Part shown: positions 1 through 8,886 of the stretch, piece after piece | Numbering within the stretch: the stretch's first letter is position 1 | Layout of the letters: the number at the start of each line of letters is the position of its first letter | Source of the DNA: an uncultured candidate division Zixibacteria bacterium | GTDB lineage: Bacteria > Zixibacteria > MSB-5A5 > UBA10806 | Assembly (NCBI GenBank): GCA_963817915.1 | Contig: CAWFQL010000012.1 | Location: 544,001 to 608,000 of the forward strand | Direction: 5' to 3' | DNA: 64,000 bases | The notes under the pieces: model-generated | The model's input: only the letters and a program-made list of their open reading frames with translations | Databases searched by the model: none | What the model was told of the DNA's origin: nothing | Made by a program: the position numbers and the translations under genes

Positions 1-179
1 TCGCGCTGGTCTTTATGGTGATCGATATGATAGTCGCCGCGACATATCATCTCGTGACCCCCGGGCAGGGGTTTGCCATGGCATCTCACGCCATAGAGGT
101 CGGCATCGCATTTCTCGGCCTGATATTCATCGGTCCCGGAAAATATACAATGATCAATTTATTCCATTCCAGGAAATAA
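1..179 (+). CDS. DoxX-family membrane protein, 3' end (partial)
   Basis: Frame 3 reads ...MIVAATYHLVTPGQGFAMASHAIEVGIAFLGLIFIGPGKYTMINLFHSRK*. The hydrophobic helices and GPGKY motif are typical of DoxX C-termini. Confidence 0.7.
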   Translation, partial: ALVFMVIDMIVAATYHLVTPGQGFAMASHAIEVGIAFLGLIFIGPGKYTMINLFHSRK

Positions 180-181
180 AT

Positions 182-220
182 AAAAAAAAGCCCGCTCGAA
201 TTCGAGCAGGCTTTTATTTT
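182..220. terminator. Bidirectional intrinsic terminator
   Basis: A-tract, GCCCGCTCGAATTCGAGCAGGC hairpin and T-tract between convergent genes. Confidence 0.7.
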
Positions 221-236
221 AGCCAAATTAAAGAGT

Positions 237-292
237 GTCGTCGGGTGGCCTCACCCGACGATTTTTCGCACGGGGTCAGGAACCCCTTCCAG
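237..292. repeat. REP-like palindromes
   Basis: GTCGTCGGGTGGCCTCACCCGACGA followed by a degenerate GGGGTCAGGAACCCCTTCC copy. Both families recur elsewhere in the window. Confidence 0.6.
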
Positions 293-303
293 TCACATGC
301 TAT

Positions 304-996
304 TTAAAAATTCAATTGCATTTTAATATTCGGCCCGACGGTACGTTTTTGAAAATCAACTGGTGAATATGCAATCTTTAGATTTTTGCTCAACTTTATT
401 TCGTTGAATGATAACCCTCCCTCACGATTCATCCGCGAGGCTGTGACCGGAGCATCGATCATCGACCAAACAGCACAACCCAAGGCCACGCCAAAGCCCG
501 TCCAGGCTACTCCGCCATTGCCATAAGGCTTGTCTATCCAAGTGCTATAAGTTCCGTAATCTACATAGGTTTCTTCTGTATATGGTAATTGCGTGAAAAA
601 TAAAATATACCCTGTCAGGCAAACTCCAAATTGGATTGCTCCTTTAATGGGCTGATTATTATAAACCTGACCTGCTCCCGGCACCAGCCATGATAAAACA
701 AACGCAACGGCCGGATTTTTCCTCGCAAAACCGCCTTTATTTGCGGTCACGTTCGATTGCCCGATAATTGGTTCCTTGGTGATCTTGGTAATATCGTCAT
801 ATTTATAGACAAATATATTACCGTCTTTTGTTTGTATTTTGAGCGATTGTCCCGGTATCTGCTCAAGTATGCTGCCTCTTATAACACTGCCACTTTTCAA
901 ATATACGACATCTTCCAATGTTTGTCCGGCCAAAACCGAAATCTGGCAAAAAAGCATGATGATAAGGATTGCGCCGATAAATCCAATGCTCTTCAT
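304..996 (-). CDS. Exported TM2-domain membrane protein, paralog A
   Basis: Signal peptide, DVVYLKSGSVIRG small beta domain, TM2-like KNPAVAFVLSWLVPGAGQVYN motif, C-terminal Phe; GGAGG RBS upstream. Confidence 0.8.
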   Translation of the reverse strand: MKSIGFIGAILIIMLFCQISVLAGQTLEDVVYLKSGSVIRGSILEQIPGQSLKIQTKDGNIFVYKYDDITKITKEPIIGQSNVTANKGGFARKNPAVAFVLSWLVPGAGQVYNNQPIKGAIQFGVCLTGYILFFTQLPYTEETYVDYGTYSTWIDKPYGNGGVAWTGFGVALGCAVWSMIDAPVTASRMNREGGLSFNEIKLSKNLKIAYSPVDFQKRTVGPNIKMQLNF

Positions 997-1047
997 TGTT
1001 CCTCCAAAGCCGTGCTTTTCATATCCAAACTGACAACTTACACTTCA

Positions 1048-1260
1048 TTAGAACCTATATGTCAATCTAAGGTTCGGGCATACTTATGGTTTTTTCAAAT
1101 CTGTCGGCGAAAATAAAAGTGCCAGACCTTTATGAATTGCAATTGATGAATACACCATCTTATTATTTATCTTGGTCTTGCTCGTTGGCGCGTTGATCAT
1201 AGACCAGATGGCACTACCAAGGCCGATTACCAACCCCATATAGGCGATAACAGCATTCTC
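1048..1260 (-). pseudogene. Relic C-terminal fragment of a third TM2-protein paralog
   Basis: Manual translation ENAVIAYMGLVIGLGSAIWSMINAPTSKTKINNKMVYSSIAIHKGLALLFSPTDLKKP*VCPNLRLTYRF* aligns with the flanking paralogs' ...WSMIDAPV...YSPVDFQKRTVGPNIKMQLNF*. No start codon; one internal stop. Confidence 0.8.
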
Positions 1261-1295
1261 GCGGGGTCAAGAATCCTTTCCTGACCCTTGCTAAA

Positions 1296-2000
1296 TTAAA
1301 AATTCAATTGCATTTTAATATTCGGCCCGACGGTACGTTTTTGGAAATCAACTGGTGAGTATGCAATCTTTAGATTTTTGCTCAACTTTATTTCGTTGAA
1401 TGATAACCCGCCCTCACGATTCATTCTGGACGCCGTAACAGGAGCATCTATCATTGACCAAACATGCATTCCAAATCCAACCGCAAATCCTGACCAAGCG
1501 ATCGCGGCATTGCCCTTATCCTCAGTACCCCAATAGCCATAATCATATGTATCATAGTAGTTATATTTCCAGACTTCTTCCGTCCGAGGCAATTCTACAA
1601 TGAATAAGGTATATCCGACTATTGCACCGGCCAACTGCAAAATTCCCTTACCGGTTTGCCCATTATACATCTGGCCAACTCCCGGAACCAGCCAGGAAAG
1701 CACGAATGATATCGCGGGGTTTTTATAACCGGCTGGCCTATTAGTCAACGGTCTATCATTTCTTGTCCCGGGGGGCGACTCTTTAGTAATTTTTTCTACT
1801 TCGTCGATTTTATATACAAAGACATTTCCGTCTTTGGTCTGAATCTTCAGAGTCTTGTTTGGGATTTGCTCCGTGATTATTCCCCTGATAATGCTGCCAT
1901 TCTTCAAATAAACTACATCATCTAATGATTGCCCGATGCCAATTACAAACGGCATAGCTACCAAAATCGCCAGAAAGAAAATCACTAACGATTGCTTCAT
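1296..2000 (-). CDS. Exported TM2-domain membrane protein, paralog B
   Basis: Same architecture as 304..996. Start set at ATG 2000 (MKQSLV), preceded by a GGGAGGA RBS. Confidence 0.8.
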   Translation of the reverse strand: MKQSLVIFFLAILVAMPFVIGIGQSLDDVVYLKNGSIIRGIITEQIPNKTLKIQTKDGNVFVYKIDEVEKITKESPPGTRNDRPLTNRPAGYKNPAISFVLSWLVPGVGQMYNGQTGKGILQLAGAIVGYTLFIVELPRTEEVWKYNYYDTYDYGYWGTEDKGNAAIAWSGFAVGFGMHVWSMIDAPVTASRMNREGGLSFNEIKLSKNLKIAYSPVDFQKRTVGPNIKMQLNF

Positions 2001-2135
2001 AAGTCCTCCCATTGCGGCATTTTGCCGTTTAATTTGCATACTTATTAAAATTTCAAATACAAATAAGGCAATAACATAGCCTGATTAAATAGACTATAAT
2101 TACCTAAATTAGTCAAGAAATTTATTTCTATGCAT

Positions 2136-2253
2136 GGTCGGGTCTCCTACACGACCGACCGGTATCTTTTTATCCCTGTGCGGTCGGGTTGTCAGACCCG
2201 ACGGCCATCCAATTTTATTTTTTCCTGGTGGGGTCGGGTCGCCGTACCCGACC
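2136..2253. repeat. Cluster of three REP-like GGTCGGGT-N6-ACCCGACC palindromes
   Basis: Copies at about 2136-2160 (degenerate), 2181-2204 and 2232-2253. Confidence 0.7.
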
Positions 2254-2273
2254 GCAAAGTGCATGTTTGGATA

Positions 2274-2498
2274 TTATCCCTTCAGCGCCGGCGACGCCTC
2301 CCGTAATGCCTTGAAAAACTCCGGGATTTCGCTATCGAATATCATGATTCTGCTTTTCTGATATTCTCCGTCAACCTTCTTCGATTCGCACATACTTAGG
2401 TATTTACTGCCATTTGATGCTTCGCGGACATCGATAAAATACATTCTCGTCTTGGCCTTGATCGAGGCCGAAAATAACGATTCTTTTCTCTCTGGCAT
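2274..2498 (-). CDS. PUR-like (DUF3276) ssDNA/RNA-binding protein
   Basis: LFSASIKAKTRMYFIDVREASNGSKYLSMCESKK...RIMIF matches the PUR/DUF3276 pattern; GGAGG RBS. Confidence 0.75.
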   Translation of the reverse strand: MPERKESLFSASIKAKTRMYFIDVREASNGSKYLSMCESKKVDGEYQKSRIMIFDSEIPEFFKALREASPALKG

Positions 2499-2730
2499 AA
2501 TTCCTCCATTGTTTAAATGCCTTTCAGTTCATCTTATAATCTGCATTTTCCCGCTGTCAGCCTGAGTAGGTTGCGATTCCGAATCCGCCGACAGCCGGAT
2601 GAGAAACCCGACATCATTCAGCCCGGCTTTCGTGTGGTCGGGTCTCCGCACCCGACCATTCCTATGCTATCGCGTCGCTTGACTCGACTACTAATCACCT
2701 CCGGGCGGCAGTCGTCCACGACTGCCCCTC

Positions 2731-2785
2731 ACCTGTCATTCCCCATCCGTCGGTCGCCGGACTCAAGAGAGCTCGATGCGGAATC
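2731..2785 (-). repeat. Dispersed composite palindromic repeat (inverted copy of 36068-36122 and 36326-36380)
   Basis: Reverse complement GATTCCGCATCGAGCTCTCTTGAGTCCGGCGACCGACGGATGGGGAATGACAGGT is nearly identical to the two copies near 36.1-36.4 kb. Confidence 0.85.
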
Positions 2786-2809
2786 CATCTTGTTTTTCTT
2801 TCCTTTCTT

Positions 2810-3131
2810 TCTCGTGCGGTCGGGTCTCCGCACCCGACCGTTACAGTGTCCTATTCTCTCGCCACCGCCATAATCTAATATCCACCACTGTCAGAACCTG
2901 TCAGTGAAATTTCAATTATTTTAAAAAATTTTGGTTTGCTCTCAGGATGCCCGGCGCATTTAATTGCGTTTCGCAGTTTACTGCGACCGCACCGCACCTT
3001 GCGGTCAAAGCAAGCTTTGACACGCAGATAATTCTCGTGCAATCGGGTCTCCGCACCCGACCGTTTCTGTGCCCGCTCCTCCCGCCACCGCATAATCTAA
3101 TATCTCCCACTGTCAGAACCTGTCAGTGAAA
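2810..3131. repeat. About 100-bp direct repeat (2810-2909 and 3033-3131), each copy starting with a REP-like palindrome
   Basis: Both copies read TCTCGTGC..TCGGGTCTCCGCACCCGACCGTT...CGCCACCGC(C)ATAATCTAATATC..CCACTGTCAGAACCTGTCAGTGAAA. Confidence 0.85.
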
Positions 3132-3213
3132 ATGAAGAAAGCTGAAAATTTATTAAAATATTTATTCTGGATAATGAAATATATTTGGCGTTATATTGTA
3201 GTTAAATTGACAG

Positions 3214-4440
3214 TAGGAGGAAATATTGCCCCATCCAAATATTGACCCGAACAGCGTTCGTTTAGGATGCATAATGTCTGAAGACCCATTAGATGATTAT
3301 ATTTACGCAATACATCCTCAATCACTTGCTTTCAGTTACAAAGATTATGACAACATTGGAATGAAAAGCTGATACAAGCTAATGCGATTATAGTCTGTTT
3401 GGAGAGCAAAATATTGACGATAATAATCGGAGAGCTATATTAATCACTAAACTGGCCGGAATTATACCATGATAGCTATAGTTATTAACGGCGATGCAAA
3501 TTATGCGACGATGCATTGTATTATCCTATCATTTGTGGTTTTAATTGAAACGAGATTTGTCAAGGCATTCAGATTATGAAATGCGTAACTTCCATCAAAT
3601 TATGGGGGTGCAGAAGTGAGGTAATAGTAAACCTCGCAAATACGTTAAGTTCTCGTCTACAGGAGAAATGATGGCAATCGAGTCGTTTCGAGAGCGCGGA
3701 TTCTCCTCATCCAAATTTCCTGAATTATCGACGAAAGAGGCATTTTATGACCTTCACGGAACTGTTACGTAATGTATAAAGCTGACTGTCGACCCAAATA
3801 AAATAATTCGACCTTGGGTATTTCATATTTCTTTCTAATTGGAGCGATTGTCTAATTATTATTTGAAATAGGTGCTATGCCAAGCAGTTTTACATCATGT
3901 GGAAGTCGTCGATAAGGACTTTTCACCAAGGTGATTGTCAAGGCAAATTGCTCACCTAATTGACCTTTATCTCAGACAGCCTTTCAACTGATCATACATT
4001 TATATTGTACACATCATTAAGATCAATTGCGTGAAAAGTGGAATAGAGATGTAAGAGATTTATCAATGCAAGGTGATTCAACACTTTTTCCAATATCTGA
4101 AAAGGATATTGAGTCCATAAAGCTGATAGTAACACCTCTTGAAACGAAAATAGTAATAATTATTACGAGATAGATATTCGGACCTGGGTAATGGAAACTG
4201 GCACAGCTTGATTTACCGGCTATTTAGGATTTCTCAAAAAGCTTTTGAATGTGTGGCTAGTGCCAATGATAAAAACTAAAATAGGACCACCAATCGCTTC
4301 ATGAGTAATTATTACAGGTGCACCTATATCGGGACAAACTATTAGTCATAAAAACCGTCCTTATTCTTAGGGAATTACAAGATGATCCCAGGTCCTACTA
4401 TTCATTTACAGACTTTCCAGACTAACCTGAATTGAGGTCA
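3214..4440 (+). pseudogene. AT-rich, probably decayed coding region
   Basis: AGGAGG RBS and TTG start (MPHPNIDPNSVRLG...) followed by about 1.2 kb with no ORF of 60 aa or more in any frame. Product not recognisable. Confidence 0.3.
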
Positions 4441-4523
4441 CTTTAGCGAATGCTTTTCCGCGGTTTCTTGAATCCCTTCCAGCCCCATCCTGTCAGCCAT
4501 CATTCCTCATTTCCACTTTAATC

Positions 4524-4552
4524 TTGCCAAAAATGCCATCCCTGTTTATCTT
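4524..4552 (+). promoter_or_regulatory. Sigma70-type promoter for tRNA-Ala/SRP RNA/dnaX
   Basis: TTGCCA-N17-TATCTT ending 16 nt upstream of the tRNA. Confidence 0.55.
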
Positions 4553-4568
4553 GAAATTAGAGTCTTTT

Positions 4569-4641
4569 GGGGCAGTAGCTCAGCTGGGAGAGCGGTACGT
4601 TCGCAACGTACAGGCCGGCGGTTCGATCCCGCTCTGCTCCA
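4569..4641 (+). tRNA. tRNA-Ala(CGC), CCA not encoded
   Basis: Cloverleaf: GGGGCAG/CTGCTCC acceptor stem with G3:U70, D-arm GCTCAGCTGGGAGAGC, anticodon arm GTACG-TTCGCAA-CGTAC, T-loop TTCGATC, discriminator A followed by TTT. Confidence 0.95.
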
Positions 4642-4651
4642 TTTAAATTAT

Positions 4652-4940
4652 CGTGCTAGGCGGGGAGCTAGCGGTGCCCTGTAACCCGGAAACCGCTATA
4701 CCGGGGTTGAATTCCCATCGGCGGGCCCGAGACTTGAGAAATTTGCCCGGCCGGAAACGTCCAATGATGGCCTCAAAAACTGTCAAAAGGACCAGATCCC
4801 GCGCAACGGACGACCGTCCAACCCCGTCAGGACCGGAAGGTAGCAGCGGTAAGCGGTAACGGCGTGTGCCGCGGGGAAGTCTGGCCCCAGTGAATGGCCG
4901 GATCGAATCCTCGAGGCGACGGAACAACGATGGGTGCACG
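4652..4940 (+). ncRNA. ffs: Large (Alu-domain) bacterial signal recognition particle RNA
   Basis: 5' CGTGCTAGGCGGGGAGCTAGCGGTGCCCTGT Alu-like segment as in Bacillus scRNA; helix 8 motif TCAGGACCGGAAGGTAGCAG; terminal pairing CGTGC/GCACG followed by a T-run; directly upstream of dnaX. Confidence 0.92.
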
Positions 4941-4967
4941 TTTTATTTTTTGATACGATAGGGGAAA

Positions 4968-6642
4968 ATGTCTTACTTAGCTTTGGCAAGACGATATCGA
5001 CCCGGTGACTTCGAGAATATTCTCAGCCAGCACCATGTCACCACTACGTTCAAGAATGCGGTCAAGAGCGGCCGTATTTCGCATTCGTATCTTTTCTGCG
5101 GCCCGCGCGGCACAGGGAAGACCACGACCGCCCGCGTCCTTGCCAAGGCCCTAAACTGCGAAAAAGGCCCGACACCGGAGCCCTGCGGTCAATGCAATGT
5201 CTGCAAGGAAATCACCATGGGCTCGTCGCCCGATGTTTTCGAGATCGACGCCGCCTCCAATCGCGGTATCGATGATATCCGCGACCTGCGCGAGAATGTC
5301 CGTTACGCGCCGGTGGGGGGAAAGTACAAGATCTACATCATCGATGAAGTTCATAGATTGACCAAAGAAGCCTTCGATGCGCTCTTGAAAACATTAGAGG
5401 AGCCGCCATCTCATGTCATCTTTATATTCGCGACAACTGAACCACAGTCTCTTCCGGCAACTATTCTTGTCGCGCACTCAGCGATATGATTTCAAACGGA
5501 TTCCCGATCACATCGTTGGCCGAGGCGGTCAACTCTGTAGCTTTGAAAGAAGGTTTAGAGATTGATCCCAACGCCGCCCTGCTGATAGCCAAAAAGGCGG
5601 ATGGGTCATTCAGAGATGCCTTGTCACTTCTTGATCAGCTTTCGAGCTTCTCCGAAAAACGGATCGATTCCGATCTCGCCGCGGAAATACTTGGGTCTGG
5701 TGAAAACGGAATTACTGCAGAGTATTTCCGAGGGAATTATCAATCATGACGTCAGGCAGACACTTGGACTTTTCGCGCAATTATTCCAATTCCGGCGGCG
5801 ATTCGCAGGAATTAGCCGAAGCCTTGTCCGGATATTTCAGAAGCCTTCTGCTGATAAAAAATGGTGTCGATGATGTCGAGATTTTGGCTCTGGACAAAAC
5901 CGAAATCGATTCGGGCAAGACCTTGCTTGGCGATATCGATACTGTCGATCTACTTAGATATTTTACCGCCTTCGCCGATTACAAGGGGATGGTCAGGCAA
6001 GGTCAGGACCCCGATTATTCGTTCGAGATGACTTTGGTCAAAGCCTGTTCGATGGACAGGGCTGTAGCATTGGATGCGATATTGAGAAAGATACCATCTG
6101 CGCCCTCCACAGCCAGTCAAACGGCATCATCCAGGACTGCGCCTGCGAGATCGCCGTCTGCTCCTCGTAAAGAAGCGACTTCTCCATCTGACGAGATACC
6201 CAGCGGCCCTGAGCCTGAAATGTCTGATAATATCGATTCGTCAATTCCGCTTGAAAATGGTGTCTCAGCCAATTCTGGTTCTATCGGTGACCAATGGAAG
6301 GACTTGTGCCAGTTTATTTTCAAACGAAGTAAGCCGTTATATGCCTTATTCATGATAGGCAAGCCACTCAAGTTGGAGGATGGAGTTCTGACAGTACAAT
6401 TCGAATCGGATTACAATTACCAATATGAGCAGCTTTCCCTATCTGAAAAAAGACAAGCGCTCGAGGAATCCCTGAAGGCCTTCTTCGGCACACCAACGAA
6501 AGTAAACCTGATTAAAGGAACTTCGTCCAATCAGAATAATGTTAATAAGAAGAGCGCCAATGACTCAAAAAATATTTTCGAGGGAGCCCCGGGCGCCAAG
6601 AAGCTTTTTGATCTGTTGGGGGGCGAAATTACAGGTCAATAA
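4968..6642 (+). CDS. dnaX: DNA polymerase III subunit gamma/tau (about four frameshifts, near 5469, 5505, 5690 and 5787)
   Basis: [12 protein letters not shown], Walker A GPRGTGKT, zinc Cys cluster, [17 protein letters not shown] and [12 protein letters not shown] are restored by removing single bases. Confidence 0.93.
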
Positions 6643-6701
6643 GCAATGGGGGAGTTTTTAATATGCATGAATATTTTTTAAAATTAATTAGAGGAGCGTA
6701 T

Positions 6702-7019
6702 ATGGCTAAAGGCCTCGGTGATTTGATGAAGCAGATGCAGGCCATGCAGGCTAAAATGGAAAAGATGCAGGAAGAGTTGGCTGATAAAAGGATCGAGGCC
6801 TCGTCCGGCGGCGGCATGGTCAAAGTTGTCGCCAATGGCAAACAGGAAATTCTCGAAATTAAAATTGATCCTGAAGTCGTAAATCCTCAGGAAGTCGAAA
6901 TGCTGGAGGAACTCATCCTGGCCGCGGTAAATCAGGCCAAAGAAAAGGCTTCAGAGCTTCAGATGGAAGGCCTTTCCGGCTTGACGGGCGGATTGAAAAT
7001 ACCCGGTCTGCCGATGTAG
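6702..7019 (+). CDS. ybaB: YbaB/EbfC nucleoid-associated protein
   Basis: MKQMQAMQAKM...SGGGMVKVVANG...LILAAVN motif; GAGGAG RBS; dnaX-ybaB-recR synteny. Confidence 0.92.
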   Translation: MAKGLGDLMKQMQAMQAKMEKMQEELADKRIEASSGGGMVKVVANGKQEILEIKIDPEVVNPQEVEMLEELILAAVNQAKEKASELQMEGLSGLTGGLKIPGLPM

Positions 7020-7026
7020 TAGCGGT

Positions 7027-7617
7027 ATGCCGATAGCATTAGATGAACTCATAATTGCCCTATCCTCCTTACCAGGCATTGGTAAAAAAAGCGCTGCCCG
7101 GTTGGCGTTTTATCTGCTCAAACGACCCCCCGAGGAATCGGCGGAACTTGCCCAACGAATTATCAAAGCCAGACAGATATTAAAACCTTGCACCAATTGC
7201 GGAAATCTCGCTGAAGACGATCTTTGCGATATTTGTGCTGATAACAGTCGAAATAAATCGGTTGTTTGCATTGTCGAGGAATCATCCGATGTCGCCGCCA
7301 TCGAATCGACTAATGAATACAGAGGAGTCTATCATGTTCTTTGGGGCGCGCTGTCTCCATTGGATGGAGTTGGCCCCGAGAATCTAAATCTCTATACATT
7401 GAAAAATAGAATTAAATCCGGTGTCACCGAAGTAATTATTGCCACCAACCCTTCCACGGAAGGCGAGGCGACATCTTCTTATATTTCCGCAATTCTAAAA
7501 GATACCGGTGTCAAGATTACTCGCATTGCTCGCGGACTTCCTGCGGGAGGTTCGCTCGAATTTGCCGATAAGACCACGCTTTCGCGAGCCATGGAAAATC
7601 GTACCTCGATAGAATAA
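7027..7617 (+). CDS. recR: Recombination protein RecR
   Basis: LPGIGKKSAARLA HhH motif, C4 zinc finger, Toprim ATNPSTEGEAT. Confidence 0.96.
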   Translation: MPIALDELIIALSSLPGIGKKSAARLAFYLLKRPPEESAELAQRIIKARQILKPCTNCGNLAEDDLCDICADNSRNKSVVCIVEESSDVAAIESTNEYRGVYHVLWGALSPLDGVGPENLNLYTLKNRIKSGVTEVIIATNPSTEGEATSSYISAILKDTGVKITRIARGLPAGGSLEFADKTTLSRAMENRTSIE

Positions 7618-7787
7618 TCCATATATACCAATTTTGCGGCAGGTCGGGTGCCGGCTGAAGCCGGCTTTGACCTGCCGCAAATCCTATCCGATTCAGAGAA
7701 AAAAATAACCTCCATCGGGAGGGACCATAATGGAGGTTATTCCTGTTACGCGTTTCAGGTAATTTCACTTGGAGCGCGTATACCCTG

Positions 7788-8231
7788 TTATCTAACTGCT
7801 AATTCGGCCTCCATGTGGATCATCATGGATTCTACTGTAACCAATTGCTGAAATTTGCTGAGCTGACCCATGTCCAGAATTGTACGAGCCCGTACAATCG
7901 CCTCTAATTCGGCAATCTTATAATTGGCGAGGAAATCGTAGTATTCTTTCACCAGGCCCTGGACCGCGATACTGTTCATGTCGGTCCAATTGGATGTGAA
8001 TTTTTCGATTTCGGCCAATCTGATATCTGCCTGCACCTTTGCGTCCATCAGCTTCTGCTGTGTGGTCTTTTCAATGATCTCCAATTTCTTAACCTGGGAG
8101 TCGGTTAACGACAACGATGTCCTATATTCAAGTATTTTTGTTACTTGAGTTTTGGGGAGATCAACGGCCATCGATGCAGTTGCGAAAATCATTACCATGG
8201 CCATCGCGATTCCTATTGTTTTTCTCAACAT
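7788..8231 (-). CDS. Exported helical protein (Spy/CpxP-like)
   Basis: Signal peptide MLRKTIGIAM..., LSLTDSQ motif, helical content; AGGAGG RBS before ATG 8231. Confidence 0.55.
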   Translation of the reverse strand: MLRKTIGIAMAMVMIFATASMAVDLPKTQVTKILEYRTSLSLTDSQVKKLEIIEKTTQQKLMDAKVQADIRLAEIEKFTSNWTDMNSIAVQGLVKEYYDFLANYKIAELEAIVRARTILDMGQLSKFQQLVTVESMMIHMEAELAVR

Positions 8232-8427
8232 TCTAAACCTCCTGTTATTGGGATTTTGTTTTATTTGACTTATCGTGTTCGGCTTATTATCTTTTTGAAC
8301 ATAGAGGGCATTTAACGAGTTCTCCTGCTTGGGGTCTCTGATCTTCCGGATTAATATGGCGGCCAACCAATTTTGCGGAAGACCAAAGCCCTCTTTTTTA
8401 TTTCACACCTTGATATACGGAAAATAA

Positions 8428-8462
8428 AAATGGCGGTTTCATTTATCTTGAAACCGCCATTA
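8428..8462 (-). terminator. Intrinsic terminator
   Basis: ATGGCGGTTTCA-loop-TGAAACCGCCAT hairpin with a T-rich tail on the minus strand. Confidence 0.7.
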
Positions 8463-8480
8463 TTAATAAAAATTTGCTAC

Positions 8481-8877
8481 TTATGCTTTGATGCTAACTA
8501 AAATCACTCCTAATAAAATCAATACCAATCCTGCCCATTTTATCGCGCCGAATGGTTCTTTGAGCCATATAAATGATACCAAGCACTACTAAGGCGTATC
8601 CGGTGCTCATCAAAATCGGATATGCGACCGACAATTGAGTTTTCGAAAGAACCACTATATAGCCCGCCACCGATGATACATATCCAGCCAGCCCAATCAG
8701 CACAAAAATATTTGTTATCGAGGCGATTCCAAATTCGGTAATGCTCCTTGATCCCATTACGCCGACCTGGTTCATTCCAATTTTTAGAAATACATGTCCG
8801 CAGACATTCAAGGCGATGACAAATATCATGAGAATTATAAACATGGTTTTCCAGTTCCGCTTAGATTGTGTTTTCAA
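8481..8877 (-). CDS. SMR/EamA (ArnE/F-like) small membrane transporter (frameshift near 8580)
   Basis: GHVFLKIGM and LSVAYP motifs. A one-base shift restores ...VSFIWLKEPFGAIKWAGLVLILLGVILVSIKA* ending at 8481. Confidence 0.7.
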
Positions 8878-8886
8878 TTTATATTG

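Noticed and set aside
304..1460. Diversity-generating retroelement TR/VR pair
   Set aside because: The near-identical blocks are both coding 3' ends with only a few synonymous differences, and no reverse transcriptase is present in the window.
2134..3129. Short ORFs across the palindrome cluster (other than 2274..2498)
   Set aside because: Translations reflect repeated palindromes (VGSPHPT, SGLRTRP); no RBS or domain support.
4569..4641. tRNA-Ala as an integration site for a prophage or island
   Set aside because: No integrase and no duplicated tRNA 3' end was seen in the window; the tRNA is followed directly by SRP RNA.
4643..4989. ORFs 4643..4939, 4653..4859 and 4783..4989
   Set aside because: They overlap the SRP RNA and have no protein-like motifs.
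5460..5800. Programmed dnaX frameshift (gamma/tau)
   Set aside because: The shifts fall inside the conserved AAA+/collar region, are multiple, and lack an A AAA AAG slippery site with hairpin. They match the indel pattern seen in other genes.
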